From Macrostomum lignano (Eukaryota), in the NCBI GenBank assembly GCA_002269645.1, contig NIVC01001994.1, positions 62,001-126,000 on the forward strand: a stretch of DNA of 64,000 nt, given 5' to 3'. The notes under the pieces were generated by a model, which had not been told where the DNA came from, did not search any database, and saw only the letters and a list, made by a program, of their open reading frames with translations. The translations under genes were made by a program, and so were the position numbers. Numbering within the stretch: position 1 is the stretch's first letter; every line of letters starts with the position of its first letter. Shown piece after piece: positions 25,672 to 37,149 of this stretch.

Positions 25672-26680
25672 TGTAGGTTAATGTCAGTTTGTCTGGATTA
25701 TAAACAGTAGGTTAATGTCAGTTCGTCTGGATTGTAAACAGTAGGTTAATGTCAGTTTGTCTGGATTATAAACAGTAGGTTAATGTCAGTTTGTCTGGAT
25801 TGTAAACAGTAGGTTAATGTCAGTTTGTCTGGATTATAAACAGTAGGTTGATGTCAGTTTGTCTGGATTATAAACAGTAGGTTGATGTCAGTTTGTCTGG
25901 ATTATAAACAGTAGGTTAATGTCAGTTCGTCTGGATTGTAAACAGTAGGTTGATGTCAGTTTGTCTGGATTATAAACAGTAGGTTAATGTCAGTTCGTCT
26001 GGATTATAAACAGTAGGTTAATGTCAGTTTGTCTGGATTATAAACAGTAGGTTAATGTCAGTTTGTCAGGATTGTAAACAGTAGGTTGATGTCAGTTTGT
26101 CTGGATTGTAAACAGTAGGTTAATGTCAGTTTGTCTGGATTATAAACAGTAGGTTAATGTCAGTTTGTCTGGATTATAAACAGTAGGTTAATGTCAGTTC
26201 GTCTGGATTGTAAACAGTAGGTTGATGTCAGTTTGTCTGGATTATAAACAGTAGGTTAATGTCAGTTCGTCTGGATTATAAACAGTAGGTTAATGTCAGT
26301 TTGTCTGGATTATAAACAGTAGGTTAATGTCAGTTTGTCAGGATTGTAAACAGTAGGTTGATGTCAGTTTGTCTGGATTGTAAACAGTAGGTTAATGTCA
26401 GTTCGTCTGGATTGTAAACAGTAGGTTAATGTCAGTTTGTCAGGATTATTATAAACAGTAGGTTGATGTCAGTTTGTCAGGATTATTATAAACAGTAGGT
26501 TGATGTCAGTTTGTCAGGATTATAAACAGTAGGTTAATGTCAGTTTGTTAGGATTATAAACAGTAGGTTAATGTCAGTTTGTTAGGATTATAAACAGTAG
26601 GTTAATGTCAGTTTGTCTGGATTGTAAACAGTAGGTTAATGTCAGTTTGTCTGGATTGTAAATAGTAGGATGATGTCTGT
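25672..26680. repeat. 34-bp minisatellite (aaacagtaggttaatgtcagtttgtctggattat)n
   Basis: Read directly. Confidence 0.96.
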
Positions 26681-27177
26681 TTTGTCTTATTGATTAATTG
26701 TGTGTAATAAATTATGTAATTTTTGTCTAGTGCAGGTAAATAAACGTCAAGAAACAAAATTGTGGCCATTTAGTGCTGCAAAAGCTGATTATATTATTAA
26801 GTAAAGCAATAATGAAATAAAGGACTTTTTTGAAGCAGCTGGACAATACAGTGTAACAAATTTCAAGTTTTCCGTAGACTAAAACAGATTGGACATTATT
26901 TATCAACTCTAGAATGCTTTGTTTAAAGTAATATCAGTGCTAAAACGCATTGGTTATTTGATTAAAGGCTACTAAAGTGAATGCAGTTACAGTATCAAAT
27001 TATTAAGTACAGCTTGGGGTCGCATTTAATTGTTTTTTAAAATATCAACTAGCTAAGGTACTGTAAAAGCTAAACAGTGAATTCTAAAAGCTAATTTTGC
27101 TACTATTGAAGCTAGTAGTATCATCTAACGGGTAATTCAGTATGAAGAACACTTCCATTTCGTCAGGCTAGACTAAA

Positions 27178-27700
27178 GGCCATATCGACAATTGCAACCC
27201 AGTCTACTTGAAGCCATAGACAATTGCATTCAGTCTATACTTTAGGCCATAGACAATTGCACTTCAATCTAGACTTGAGGCCATAGACAATTGCGATTCC
27301 GACTAGACTTGAGGCCATAGATAATTGCACTTTAATCTAGACTTGAGGCCATAGACAATTGCATTCAGTCTATACTTTAGGCCATAGACAATTGCACTTC
27401 AATCTAGACTTGAGGCCATAGACAATTGCGATTCCGACTAGACTTGAGGCCATAGATAATTGCACTTTAATCTAGACTTGAGGCCATAGACAATTGCACT
27501 TCAGTCTAGACTTGAGGCCATAGACAATTGCGATTCCGACTAGACTTGAGGCCATAGATAATTGCACTTTAATCTAGACTTGAGGCCATAGACAATTGCA
27601 CTTCAGTCTAGACTTGAGGCCATAGACAACTGCGATTCCGACTAGACTTGAGGCCATAGATAATTGCACTTCAGTCTTGACTGAAGTGAGGCCATAGACA
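27178..27700. repeat. 34-bp minisatellite (ggccatagacaattgcacttcaatctagacttga)n
   Basis: Read directly; alternating variants. Confidence 0.95.
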
Positions 27701-27909
27701 AACATCGCGATTTGCGCTTAATATTATATCACCCGTTGTTGTAAATATGCGAGTATTACATGTAGAGAATGAACGCCAAAATCGAAAGTATTTGTATGTA
27801 CCGTATAATATAGAGTTGAGAAAAAAAGCATTTTTAGCTAAGTTGCAATAGCAGCGAAATTCAAAGCGGGTTTTCTTTGTTAGAAAATATTTTATTCAAA
27901 CTGCGGCCA

Positions 27910-28075
27910 TCACTGACGAAAGTAGTTCGGGTCGTGGCGGCTTCGAGTGATGAGGCGCCTGATGCGGCCGCGCAACTCGGAGACTGGGGGCCCGCCGCCC
28001 GGTAGAAGACCCTGGCTGTAGCCCTGCGGACCCGGGGGAGGGTACCTTCCAGTCTGTCGAATTGTCTGTTTGTCT

Positions 28076-28160
<85 letters not shown>

Positions 28161-28161
28161 G

Positions 28162-28214
<53 letters not shown>

Positions 28215-31200
28215 GTCTGTCTGTCTCTCTGTCTGTATCTGTCTGTCTGTCGGTCTATCTTTCTGTCTGTCTGTATCTGTCGGTCTGTCTGTCTGTCGGT
28301 CTATCTTTCTGTCTGTCTGTATCTGTCTGTCTGTCTGCCTGTCTGTCTGTCTGTCTGACTGTCTGTCCGAATGGCAGGGAGACAAACCTTGACCGCGTAG
28401 TTGTTCGAGTTCGAGTAGTCGGCCGAGCAGCGGCGGCCAGGGTTGAGGTTTCTCTCCAGCTCCGGCATCCTGATTAAAAATGGAGTGAGACTGGTTTAAT
28501 ACAATGGCAATTGCCAACAAAGGAAACGGTGGCACTATATAGTGTTGAAATAGAAAAGGCTTAACCCAAACTTACCTGGAAACCAGTTCCAGGTACTTGT
28601 CGTTGATCCTCTCGTCCACAGACGATTGGGGATTGAGGTCCACCCCGGTGTACCTGTCCATCATCAGCTTGTGCTGAAGAACCTTCTCGTTGACGTCGCG
28701 AAGTCGATTCTTCATGTTGGTGAAATTTTCAGCCGACGGCATCTCGTAGCTAACCAGAGAGTCGAGGTGGCGCTGAAATTAAATTCGATCGCGTTATAGA
28801 CTACTGAGTAAACTAAAATGAGTAGCAAGTATGGCATCCTATTATATGAAATTAAAATAAAACAAAATTTTTCCTAATTATATCCTAAATTTCCTAGTAG
28901 CAGAATCGGTATTTTAAGCAATTTCTTAAAAATGGCCTAATTTTTGCACAACAAAAACGATTCATTCGATTTTTTCGAAGTTTGTTTTAATTTTACCTCG
29001 ATACGTCTACGCTCGGCGCTGTTTGGCAAAACGCCGTCTACAATGACGCCGCCACCGCCGCCGCCTCCGGGCCTTCTCGGCAGTGGGATATTGCGAACGC
29101 GAACCTGTTTGATGTACAAGTATGTATAATATGTATGCATACATAGTACAATTATATTCAGAGCTTCGTGTAAGTACAAGCAGATGTACGGAGAGGGTAA
29201 TTAACCAATTAACTTACCTGCACGCCCGATCCAGCGTAGGCATGATTTATGGCTCTGGTGGTGGCTGGCGAGTAGCCGCTCTGAATTAACAATTTTTATT
29301 ATTTAATGAATATACCATACAGTAATTTTACTTTGATGAGGAACATTTTAATGCTCGCTCACCTGTCCAAACTCGTTCACACCAGAGCCGCTGCTCACGC
29401 TGGACCTTCGAAGCACCTTGCGGCAGCCGTCCAGCGCGCTCTGCGTGTCGTGAATCTGCGGAGCCGATATGTATCGAATATAAATATGAATATATGGACA
29501 TGCATATTGAATCTTCTGTGCCGATATGTATCGAAAATACATAAAAATTACGTTCTTCTGGCTAAAGATAGTTATTGTAATATCACAGACTTTTATGGTA
29601 AATTTCCTGTTCAAACTTCAGGCATGGGTTCAATTTTTTCTTGCCAAGAATCCAATATTTAAAGTTAATTTGCTGAAGCCAATAATTCAATAAAATATTT
29701 ATTTTCTAATTTTTTTCGATAAGCATGTAATCTCCTTTTGCGTTTAATTTTGCAAAAACCGACACAAATTAAGACGCGACCATGCGCATTTCAATTACTT
29801 TTAGTAGCGAGTAGCGCGTTTTATTGTTAAACTATCGGAATAAATAAAAGTGAACTAAATAATAATGTTAAGTATAGCGGCAGGATTCCATCAACTACAG
29901 CTCGTCTCGAACAGTTTTATGAATCGAGTTCAAGAACAGGGCCAGCTTGTCGAGAGTCTGGGCTGGCAGCTTCATCAGAGCGTCCTTCGTCAGCACTTGC
30001 TTCTTTTCGCTCTGCAACAATTGCTGAAATGCTCTCTTAGCTCCAATACTGCGACTGTCGCCTGCCGCCTTGGCAATGGCTTTCTCGTAGTTTCTCTGGA
30101 ACACAGGAAAGGTCAGGCCGCCATCCTTTCCAATCCAGCTTAGCAACAGACTGCGCAGCGATTCGGCGTCCAGTTTCTCATTCTTCAACTGCGAATAGCC
30201 GTCCTTGATGGTCCAGACCAGGTCGAATTGGTCCAGGCCTCGCACTGCTTTGCTCAGCGCGCGACAGTCGCCCAGATTTTTGTCCTCAACTGGCCGGAAC
30301 AGAAAAGTGTACGACAGGCTGCGGCCGTACGACCGCACCTGGTGGAGGTGACCGGTTGGGATGAACAGACAATCTCCCGGCAGCAGTGTGGTGTACCGCC
30401 ATGGCGTCTTCTCCACGTCTGGACTGTCGAACATGTTCACCATGTCGACATCGATTGTGGAAGCTCCGTTTCCGCTTCCCGGCGGCTGTTCGACGCACTT
30501 CAAATTGTCCTTGTACTTGTGCTCGATCAGGATGAAGTCCTTGCGACCGTCCGCCATGCAGTGCAGCTGGTGCTCGCTGTGGTAGTGCAGCAGACTGCCT
30601 GTGCCGCCTGACGACATCCACATCACCGCCTCAGTGATCTGCCGGCTGACTGGGCCGCACTGGGCCACGTGCGGCACCGTGAAGCCGGCCTCCATCTCGG
30701 CTGGAATCAGCGACGCCATGTACAAATCCTCGAATTTGTACCTGTCTAGAAATCTTTCCAGCGTCATCACTTCAACTTGACCTTTGATGATCTCTTTCTT
30801 GTGCGTCACGGTGACCTTGTGCTGGCCAAAGTAACGCTTGAGATACTCGTCGGTCCAGCGGTCCATCATCGGCGAGGACTTGTCAATGGCGTCTCTGAGC
30901 ACTAGCGGCTTGAGGCGGAGCACGTACTCGGCGTAGAACTCCACGGGGCTGGGCAGACGGCTCGCCACCTTGATTGGACCGTCGGCGTGGCGCTGGTAGC
31001 CCAGAGATCGAAGATGACCAGCGGGCAGTTCCGGGTGCTTCCAGATCACGGGCGGGAACACCGTGTCCATGGCGTGATCCTTCTCAAACAGCGGATGTTT
31101 CTCGCTGTTGCTGAATTCTGCTACTAGAAGCAGCAAAACTAGAAACATATTCGACTGCATTTCTGTATGAGGTGCTGCAAAGCGAAGATTTCTCAAAGGA

Positions 31201-32753
31201 ATTGTTGCTCGGATTCCTTTGCTGCTCTGCATTTTCAACTGAACCCGCAACCTCTCCTTCCAGGTGGACACGTGGCACAGATCGTTGCTGACTGGGCAGG
31301 GGTCTCTCTCTCTCTCTCTCTCTCTCGGCAGTCTTACGCAGAGGATTAAGGATTAGATTTCGTCAGCTGTTGCAGCCAAGCCGCCCCCCAAAAAAACCTT
31401 GAGAGGAAGGTAGAGAGAGAGCTGCAGAGAGTAAGCGAGGTCTCCAGGGCGCAAGACCGACCGAACGCCACGTCGGCTATGCAGCTACGGCGCATAAGCA
31501 ATTGGGGGCGCGGGCCCTCTGTTTGGAAATTCATGATCAGTCAGTGCTCTGGTGCTCATCGCCACCTCTGCTCTGTCTCTGTTGCTATGCCCTCTCATCA
31601 GCAACTGTTTCTGACATCCACCTCCACCTCCCTCTCCTCCTCGCTCGTTTTATCTCCCTCCTCCTCTCACTCTCTCTCTCTCCCTCTCTGTCTACCTCTC
31701 GATCCCAATCTCTCCCTCTCTCCCTCTCTGTCTACCTTTCGCTCCCAATCTCTCTCTCTCTCCCTCTCTGTCTACCTCTCGCTCCCTATCTCTCCCTCTC
31801 TCCCTCTCTGTCCACTTTCTGCTCTCTTTATCACTCCCTCTCCTTCCATTCCTCTTCTTCTCAACTCACAGCGCTTCTCGTCACAGACGAGGCTCTCAGA
31901 TGCGAAGTGGGCAGGTAATAAAAATTAGCCGTGTTGGCGTCGTACGGGCTTGGCGAAGCGAACCGCTGCACAGAGCCGGCCCGCTGCGGCGGCAGAGACG
32001 ACGCTCGATTGTACATCACGAATGGCGACTGGGATTGCCTCTGTTTTGGTTTGGTGGTTCAGGGTGAATCAGGATGTGATTCGTCTCTCATTTGCCAATT
32101 AGCAATTAAAACCAGACGCTTAATTGGCGCCAAAACTATAATTTGAATTGACGCCAAAGCTAAAGTTTAAATTGGCGCCAAAACTATAATTTAAATTGGC
32201 GCTAAAACTATAATTTAAATTGGCGCCAAAACTATAATTTGAATTGACGCCAAAGCTAAAGTTTAAATTGGCGCCAAAACTATAATTTAAATTGGCGCTA
32301 AAACTATAATTTTAATTGGCACTAAAGTATATCTCAAAATGGCACAAATATTTTTAAAAAGAGTAATTATAATTGAGTAAACTAACCAAAATGTGATCAA
32401 CCGAAGATAACAGATGGTGATCCTTCAGCCTCGAGGAGCGCTGTATGTCCTCCGCTTCCTGTAGTATTTAATCACGACGGTAACTATGGTAACTATACAC
32501 GATAGATAGCCTTTCTTATAAGCTTATAGTCGATTAATTAGTTTTACCTGTTCAAGCTGGCCGACACGACTAAGACTGGCGCTGCGATAGTTCCTGCTAT
32601 CCTGCGGTAAAATAAAGTTTGTTACTTGTAGATTTCGAATATTATATATTCGATCAGGTATTTGTCATATACACTTCCAGTGAGGTTAAGAATGCCAGTG
32701 TTTACCTGATCCACTGGCTCCCCTAGAACGGTGACCGCGCGAAGCACCACCAT
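27910..32753 (-). CDS. Uncharacterised ~262-286 aa protein; exons 32706-32753, 32548-32601, (32387-32458 less certain), 29363-29455, 29218-29280, 28997-29104, 28576-28772, 28388-28469, 27910-28053
   Basis: All introns GT-AG and phases join into one open frame from MVVLRAVTV to RRLITRSRHDPNYFRQ*; AATAAA just downstream (about 27890). Linking the 32 kb exons to the 29 kb exons is inferred. Confidence 0.72.
28065..28365. repeat. (CTGT)n microsatellite
   Basis: Intron of the uncharacterised gene. Confidence 0.96.
29895..31160 (-). CDS. Intronless JmjC/cupin-like (Cupin_8-type) protein with signal peptide and RDEL ER-retention end, ~421 aa
   Basis: MQSNMFLVLLLLVAEFSNS hydrophobic leader; KPLVLRDA, RWTDEYL, WMSSGGTGSLLHYH, GRKDF, LLPGDCLFIPTGHLHQVRS; ends VRDEL*; AATAAA near 29820. 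True start probably 31160, not 31271. Confidence 0.9.
   Translation of the reverse strand: MQSNMFLVLLLLVAEFSNSEKHPLFEKDHAMDTVFPPVIWKHPELPAGHLRSLGYQRHADGPIKVASRLPSPVEFYAEYVLRLKPLVLRDAIDKSSPMMDRWTDEYLKRYFGQHKVTVTHKKEIIKGQVEVMTLERFLDRYKFEDLYMASLIPAEMEAGFTVPHVAQCGPVSRQITEAVMWMSSGGTGSLLHYHSEHQLHCMADGRKDFILIEHKYKDNLKCVEQPPGSGNGASTIDVDMVNMFDSPDVEKTPWRYTTLLPGDCLFIPTGHLHQVRSYGRSLSYTFLFRPVEDKNLGDCRALSKAVRGLDQFDLVWTIKDGYSQLKNEKLDAESLRSLLLSWIGKDGGLTFPVFQRNYEKAIAKAAGDSRSIGAKRAFQQLLQSEKKQVLTKDALMKLPAQTLDKLALFLNSIHKTVRDEL
31610..31860. repeat. CT-rich low-complexity tract
   Basis: Read directly. Confidence 0.9.
32120..32330. repeat. 24-bp minisatellite (aaattggcgccaaaactataattt)n
   Basis: About 8-9 units. 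Confidence 0.9.
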
Positions 32754-33104
32754 AGAGACGAGAGGATCGAACTTGCGCTTTACAGGGTGGGGGGGACCTT
32801 AGTGTAGGGGATGCTGTGGGTGGCGCGGGTTTAAAGCTGGGGGGCCGGGGTGGATTGGGCGAGGGAGAACGCTGGCTGAAATGCAGGGATGCTGGGGGCG
32901 GTGAGGGAAGGCCGGCTGAACACAAGCCGCCAGAGTGGATCGATAGTCGGGCTTCGAATAGGGGACCTCTGGAACTGCCCACTCTGGACTGGGGCTGGAA
33001 CTGCGGTCTCTGACAGTTTTGAATTGGCTAGAACAGTATAAGGGTTGTAGGTAGGCTTCAAATACCTACCTAGGTTTCAAAACGCATAGGCTTTTAATAG
33101 TGCC

Positions 33105-33680
33105 CCTCTCTCTCCCCCTCTATATCTCTCCCTCTCTTTCCATCTCTCCCTCTCCGTCCCTCCTCTATCGCTCCCTCCCTCTCTTTATCTCTCCCTCTAT
33201 CCCTCTCTCCCTCTCCATCTCTCCGACTCTATCTCTCCCCCTCTTCCTCTCCCTCTTTATCTCTTCCTCTATCTCCCCCTCTCTCCCCCTCTCTCTCTAT
33301 CTCCCCCTCTCTCCCCCCCTCTCTCTCACTCTCTCTGTCTCTTTCTCCCTCTCTCCCTCTCCATCTCTCCCCTTTTTCCCTCCCACTCCCTCTATCCCTC
33401 TTTATCTCTACCTCTATCTCTCCCTCTATCTCTCCCTCTATCTCTCCCTCTATCTCTCCCTCTATCTCTCCCTCTATCTCTCCCTCTATCTCTCCCTCTC
33501 TATTCCTCCTTCTCTATCTCCCCCTCTCCCTCTCCATCTCTCCCCCCTCTCTCTCTCTCCCTCTCCCTCTCTCTCTATCACCCCTCTCTATCTCTTACTC
33601 TCTCTCCCTCTCTCTCTCTCGCTCTCTCTCTATCTCTCCCTCTCTCTCTCTCTCTACATTGCTATCTCTATCTCTCTATC
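33105..33680. repeat. CT-rich microsatellite tract
   Basis: Read directly. Confidence 0.93.
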
Positions 33681-33926
33681 TTATTCGTTTTGTTTCCAAT
33701 CCAAGTGTTCAATTCGATTAGGTAGTCCTGGGCTGGGTGACTCGACAGTTCTATTTTTATAACCATTATTTGGACTGGACCGGACCGTCGGCGAGTGAAA
33801 CACTTTGCGCTGTGCCGTGTTGCGGCAGCGGCGGTCCACACTGGCAAACCCCCCCCCCCTGTACATCCTCTCTCAGATCCCAGCTTACTAGCTAAGCTTC
33901 CACACGGTAGGAATGCCAAAAAATAA

Positions 33927-33936
33927 CCATATTTGG
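33927..33936. promoter_or_regulatory. CArG box CCATATTTGG
   Basis: Exact CC(A/T)6GG match upstream of the minus-strand uncharacterised gene; function unproven. Confidence 0.35.
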
Positions 33937-34249
33937 CAATGCCTACCAAGGTTAAGACCAGTTCAGTCTAGGCTGGCCCGGGGGGCTGGAGGAAGAAAAT
34001 CTTTCCTAGAAATACAGGTACGAGCGTGCATCCTCGCAGCTGGAACTGTCATGCGTCTTGGCAGGAACGCACGCGCTAGGAGTGATGTACACGCATGTAC
34101 ACACTTGCTTTTATCTTGCTGCCCGGCTGGTTAATACTACTGCAGACGTTTTCTAACTTTGACCTTTCTTTTTGTAGCAAAATATCCCAGCAACGAAAAA
34201 TATGTGAAGCCAAGCCAACACAGGTTTTTTTCTTTGGCTTCAAAAATTG

Positions 34250-34525
34250 CACAGGCCGGGGGTTCGATTCCCTAACCCAATTCGGAAGAATTTGTGTCCT
34301 TTAGCAAGACACTTAACTCTCCAAGCTGTAAAATAGGTAGCCAGCATTAGCTGGGGTAATTGAGGGTGTGTGTGGCAACCCCCCCCCCCCCAGTCTATGG
34401 ACTGAACAGCCGTACGCAGCCTTCAGATGCGCCGCACAATAGCTGCGGCTGAGCTGTCGGTTGCACATCTGGCCCAGTTGAGGCAGGTGTATTCAGTTAT
34501 TGTTATTATTAATATTATTATATGG
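34250..34525 (+). mobile_element. Second CORE-type SINE copy
   Basis: ggttcgattccc, agcaagacacttaactct, gccagcattagctggggtaattgagg shared with the 25.1 kb copy; (tta)n-like tail. Confidence 0.72.
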
Positions 34526-34586
34526 GTAAGCAAGTTGAAGCTGTACGATTCAAAATTTCTGGTGTGCATTTGATAATTTTATTTCA

Positions 34587-37149
34587 TCAACTCCTAGGCG
34601 AAACATCGTAGCCATTGATTCGCCTGAACTGATCAACTTGTTGAGCCAAGTCGGCGCCGAATTTCTCGCAAGCCGTCGGGTTCAGCCGAATTCCGCTGGC
34701 GATCTCCACCTGGATGGCGTCGATCTGGCCGGAGATCAGCGAGCTGTACCTCTGGGTGATGTAGCCGCCGCTGAAATAGTTGCCAGATCCCGGAGACGGG
34801 TGAGAACGCGATGGAACCACTTTGTAACCAGCTGACTCCATTAGGGAGCCCAGACTGAGGCGACCGCTGAGCAGCTCTTGAGCTGATTGGTCAGTTCGAG
34901 CCTGAAGTGCCCGAATGCTGCTGCCGGAGAGGTCCTGGGGTCCGGCGTTGAGTAGCTCTTTGGACAGGCTGAGGTTGGAGCAGGGTGGTTTAACTGACAC
35001 TTGCGCTAACGCATCCTGACACTTATTTCAAAGATTTAACTGACACTTGCGCTAACGCATCCTGACACTTATTTCAAAGATTTAACTGACACTTGCGCTA
35101 ACGCATCCTGACACTTATTTCAAAGGTTTAACTGACACTTGCGCTAACGCATCCTGACACTTATTTCAAAGATTTAACTGACACTTGCGCTAACGCATCC
35201 TGACACTTATTTTAATGGTTTAACTGACACTTGCGCTAACGCGTCCTGACACTTATGTTAAGGTTTAACTGACACTTGCGCTAACGCATCCTGACACTTA
35301 TTTTAAGGTTTAACTGACACTTGCGCTAACGCGTCCTGACACTTATGTTAAGGTTTAACTGACACTTGCGCTAACGCGTCCTGACACTTATGTTAAGGTT
35401 TAACTGACACTTGCGCTAACGCGTCCTGACACTTATGTTAAGGTTTAACTGACACTTGCGCTAACGCGTCCTGACACTTATGTTAAGGTTTAACTGACAC
35501 TTGCGCTAACGCATCCTGACACTTATTTTTAGATGCTGACACTGACACTTGCTCGGCCTAGTACTGACAATCTTTGGGAGAATTCGGTCTAACAAAAATC
35601 ACGGAGCTTTCTTAATATACTACTAACCAACTCCGAATAGTATCAGTAGCAGCAGTAGTATTATTGCCTTACACATAACCCAGCTCGGTCCACTGCTCAG
35701 GATGGGACTGGCCGTGGATATCCAGCACCAGGCCGATCCCGTATCGAGATTGGACTCGCTCCATGGCGGCAGTCATAAAAGTCTCATGGTAAGCCTTCCA
35801 GGCCGCCTGGGCCAGCCGGTCACCTTGGGCGGCTTGTTCGACTGGTCGGTTGGGATCCAGCTTGCTGCGATGCAGATTGGCCCTGATGAAGTGCGGCCGG
35901 CAGCTGTACCGCTCGGCAAGGTGCTCCACCAGCTGGGCTGCAACCTGGGTACCGGATTCAGATTACGGTAAAGGTCGAGAGTAAGGTCGCCGAGGACAGG
36001 GACAGGGACACCGGTAGAATGTCACATGTCACCAAGGATATGGGCAGAATGTTAGTAGGAACAGGGGTAGTATGCCAGTAACAGGGGTAGAATGTCACCA
36101 GGGACAGGGGTAGAATGTCACCAGGGACAGGGGTAGAATGTCACCAGGGACAGGGGTAGAATGTCACCAGGGACAGGGGTAGAATGTCACCTGGGACAGG
36201 GGTAGAATGTCACAGGGACAGGGGTAGAATGTCAGTAACAGGGGTAGAATGTCACAGGGACAGGGGTAGAATGTCACCAGGGACAGGGGTAGAATGTCAC
36301 CTGGGACAGGGGTAGAATGTCACCTGGGACAGGGGTAGAATGTCACAGGGACAGGGGTAGAATGTCACAGGGACAGGGGTAGAATGTCACCATGCAGGGA
36401 CAGGGGTAGAATGTCACCATGCAGGGACAGGGGTAGAATGTCAGAGGGACATGGGTAGAATGTCACAGGGACAGGGGTAGAATGTCCCAGGGACAGGGGT
36501 AGAATGTCACAGGGACAGGGGTAGAATGTCACCTGGGACAGGGGTAGAATGTCACAGGGACAGGGGTAGAATGTCCCAGGGACAGGGGTAGAATGTCACA
36601 GGGACAGGGGTAGAATGTCACAGGGACAGGGGTAGAATGTCACAGGGACAGGGGTAGAATGTCACCAGGGACAGGGGTAGAATGTCACAGGGACAGGGGT
36701 AGAATGTCATCTGGGACAGGGGTAGAATGTCACAGGGACAGGGGTAGAATGTCACCAGGGACAGGGGTAGAATGTCACCAGGGACAGGGGTAGAATGTCA
36801 GGGACAGGGGTAGAATGTCACCAGGGACGGGCACAATGGCGCCAAGAGCAGAAAACTGTCATCAGAGGCCAAGAACCTGTTGAGTGTTAATGTCAGCCCC
36901 AGTGACAGCTCTACAAGCCGTTGGCGCGACCGGACTGCAGGACTTCTCCCATCGGCAGGTGACGCCGTCGGCAGCCAGACAACCATGAGTCCGGTCCTCG
37001 ATCTCCGCAGGTCGAAGCCAGCCGCCGTGAGGCGACGAGATGATCAGATTGCAGTCGCCAGGAGTGTACTCAATCCAGTCATTGGGGATGCTGGTCTCTG
37101 CCGTTAGAGACGACAGCAACAGGCAGGGCAGAAGCAGCAGTGCAAGCAT
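34587..37149 (-). CDS. Secreted N-formylglutamate amidohydrolase-like protein (~308 aa); exons 36877-37149, 35673-35944, 34587-34968
   Basis: Signal peptide MLALLLLPCLLLSSLTA; SPHGG, LHRSKLDPNR, LDIHGQSH, ELGY|VLSK, YFSGGYIT, DAIQVE motifs; phases 0 and 2 consistent. First donor (GTTCTT) is weak. Confidence 0.82.
34988..35530. repeat. 45/46-bp intronic minisatellite (ttaactgacacttgcgctaacgcatcctgacacttatttcaaagat)
   Basis: Read directly. Confidence 0.95.
36050..36830. repeat. 22/23-bp G-rich intronic minisatellite (gggacaggggtagaatgtcacca)n
   Basis: Read directly. Confidence 0.95.

Noticed and set aside
31161-31271. N-terminal extension of the JmjC ORF (MSTWKER...)
   Set aside because: GTG start in a eukaryote; the signal peptide begins after ATG 31160 and an acceptor-like site lies just upstream.
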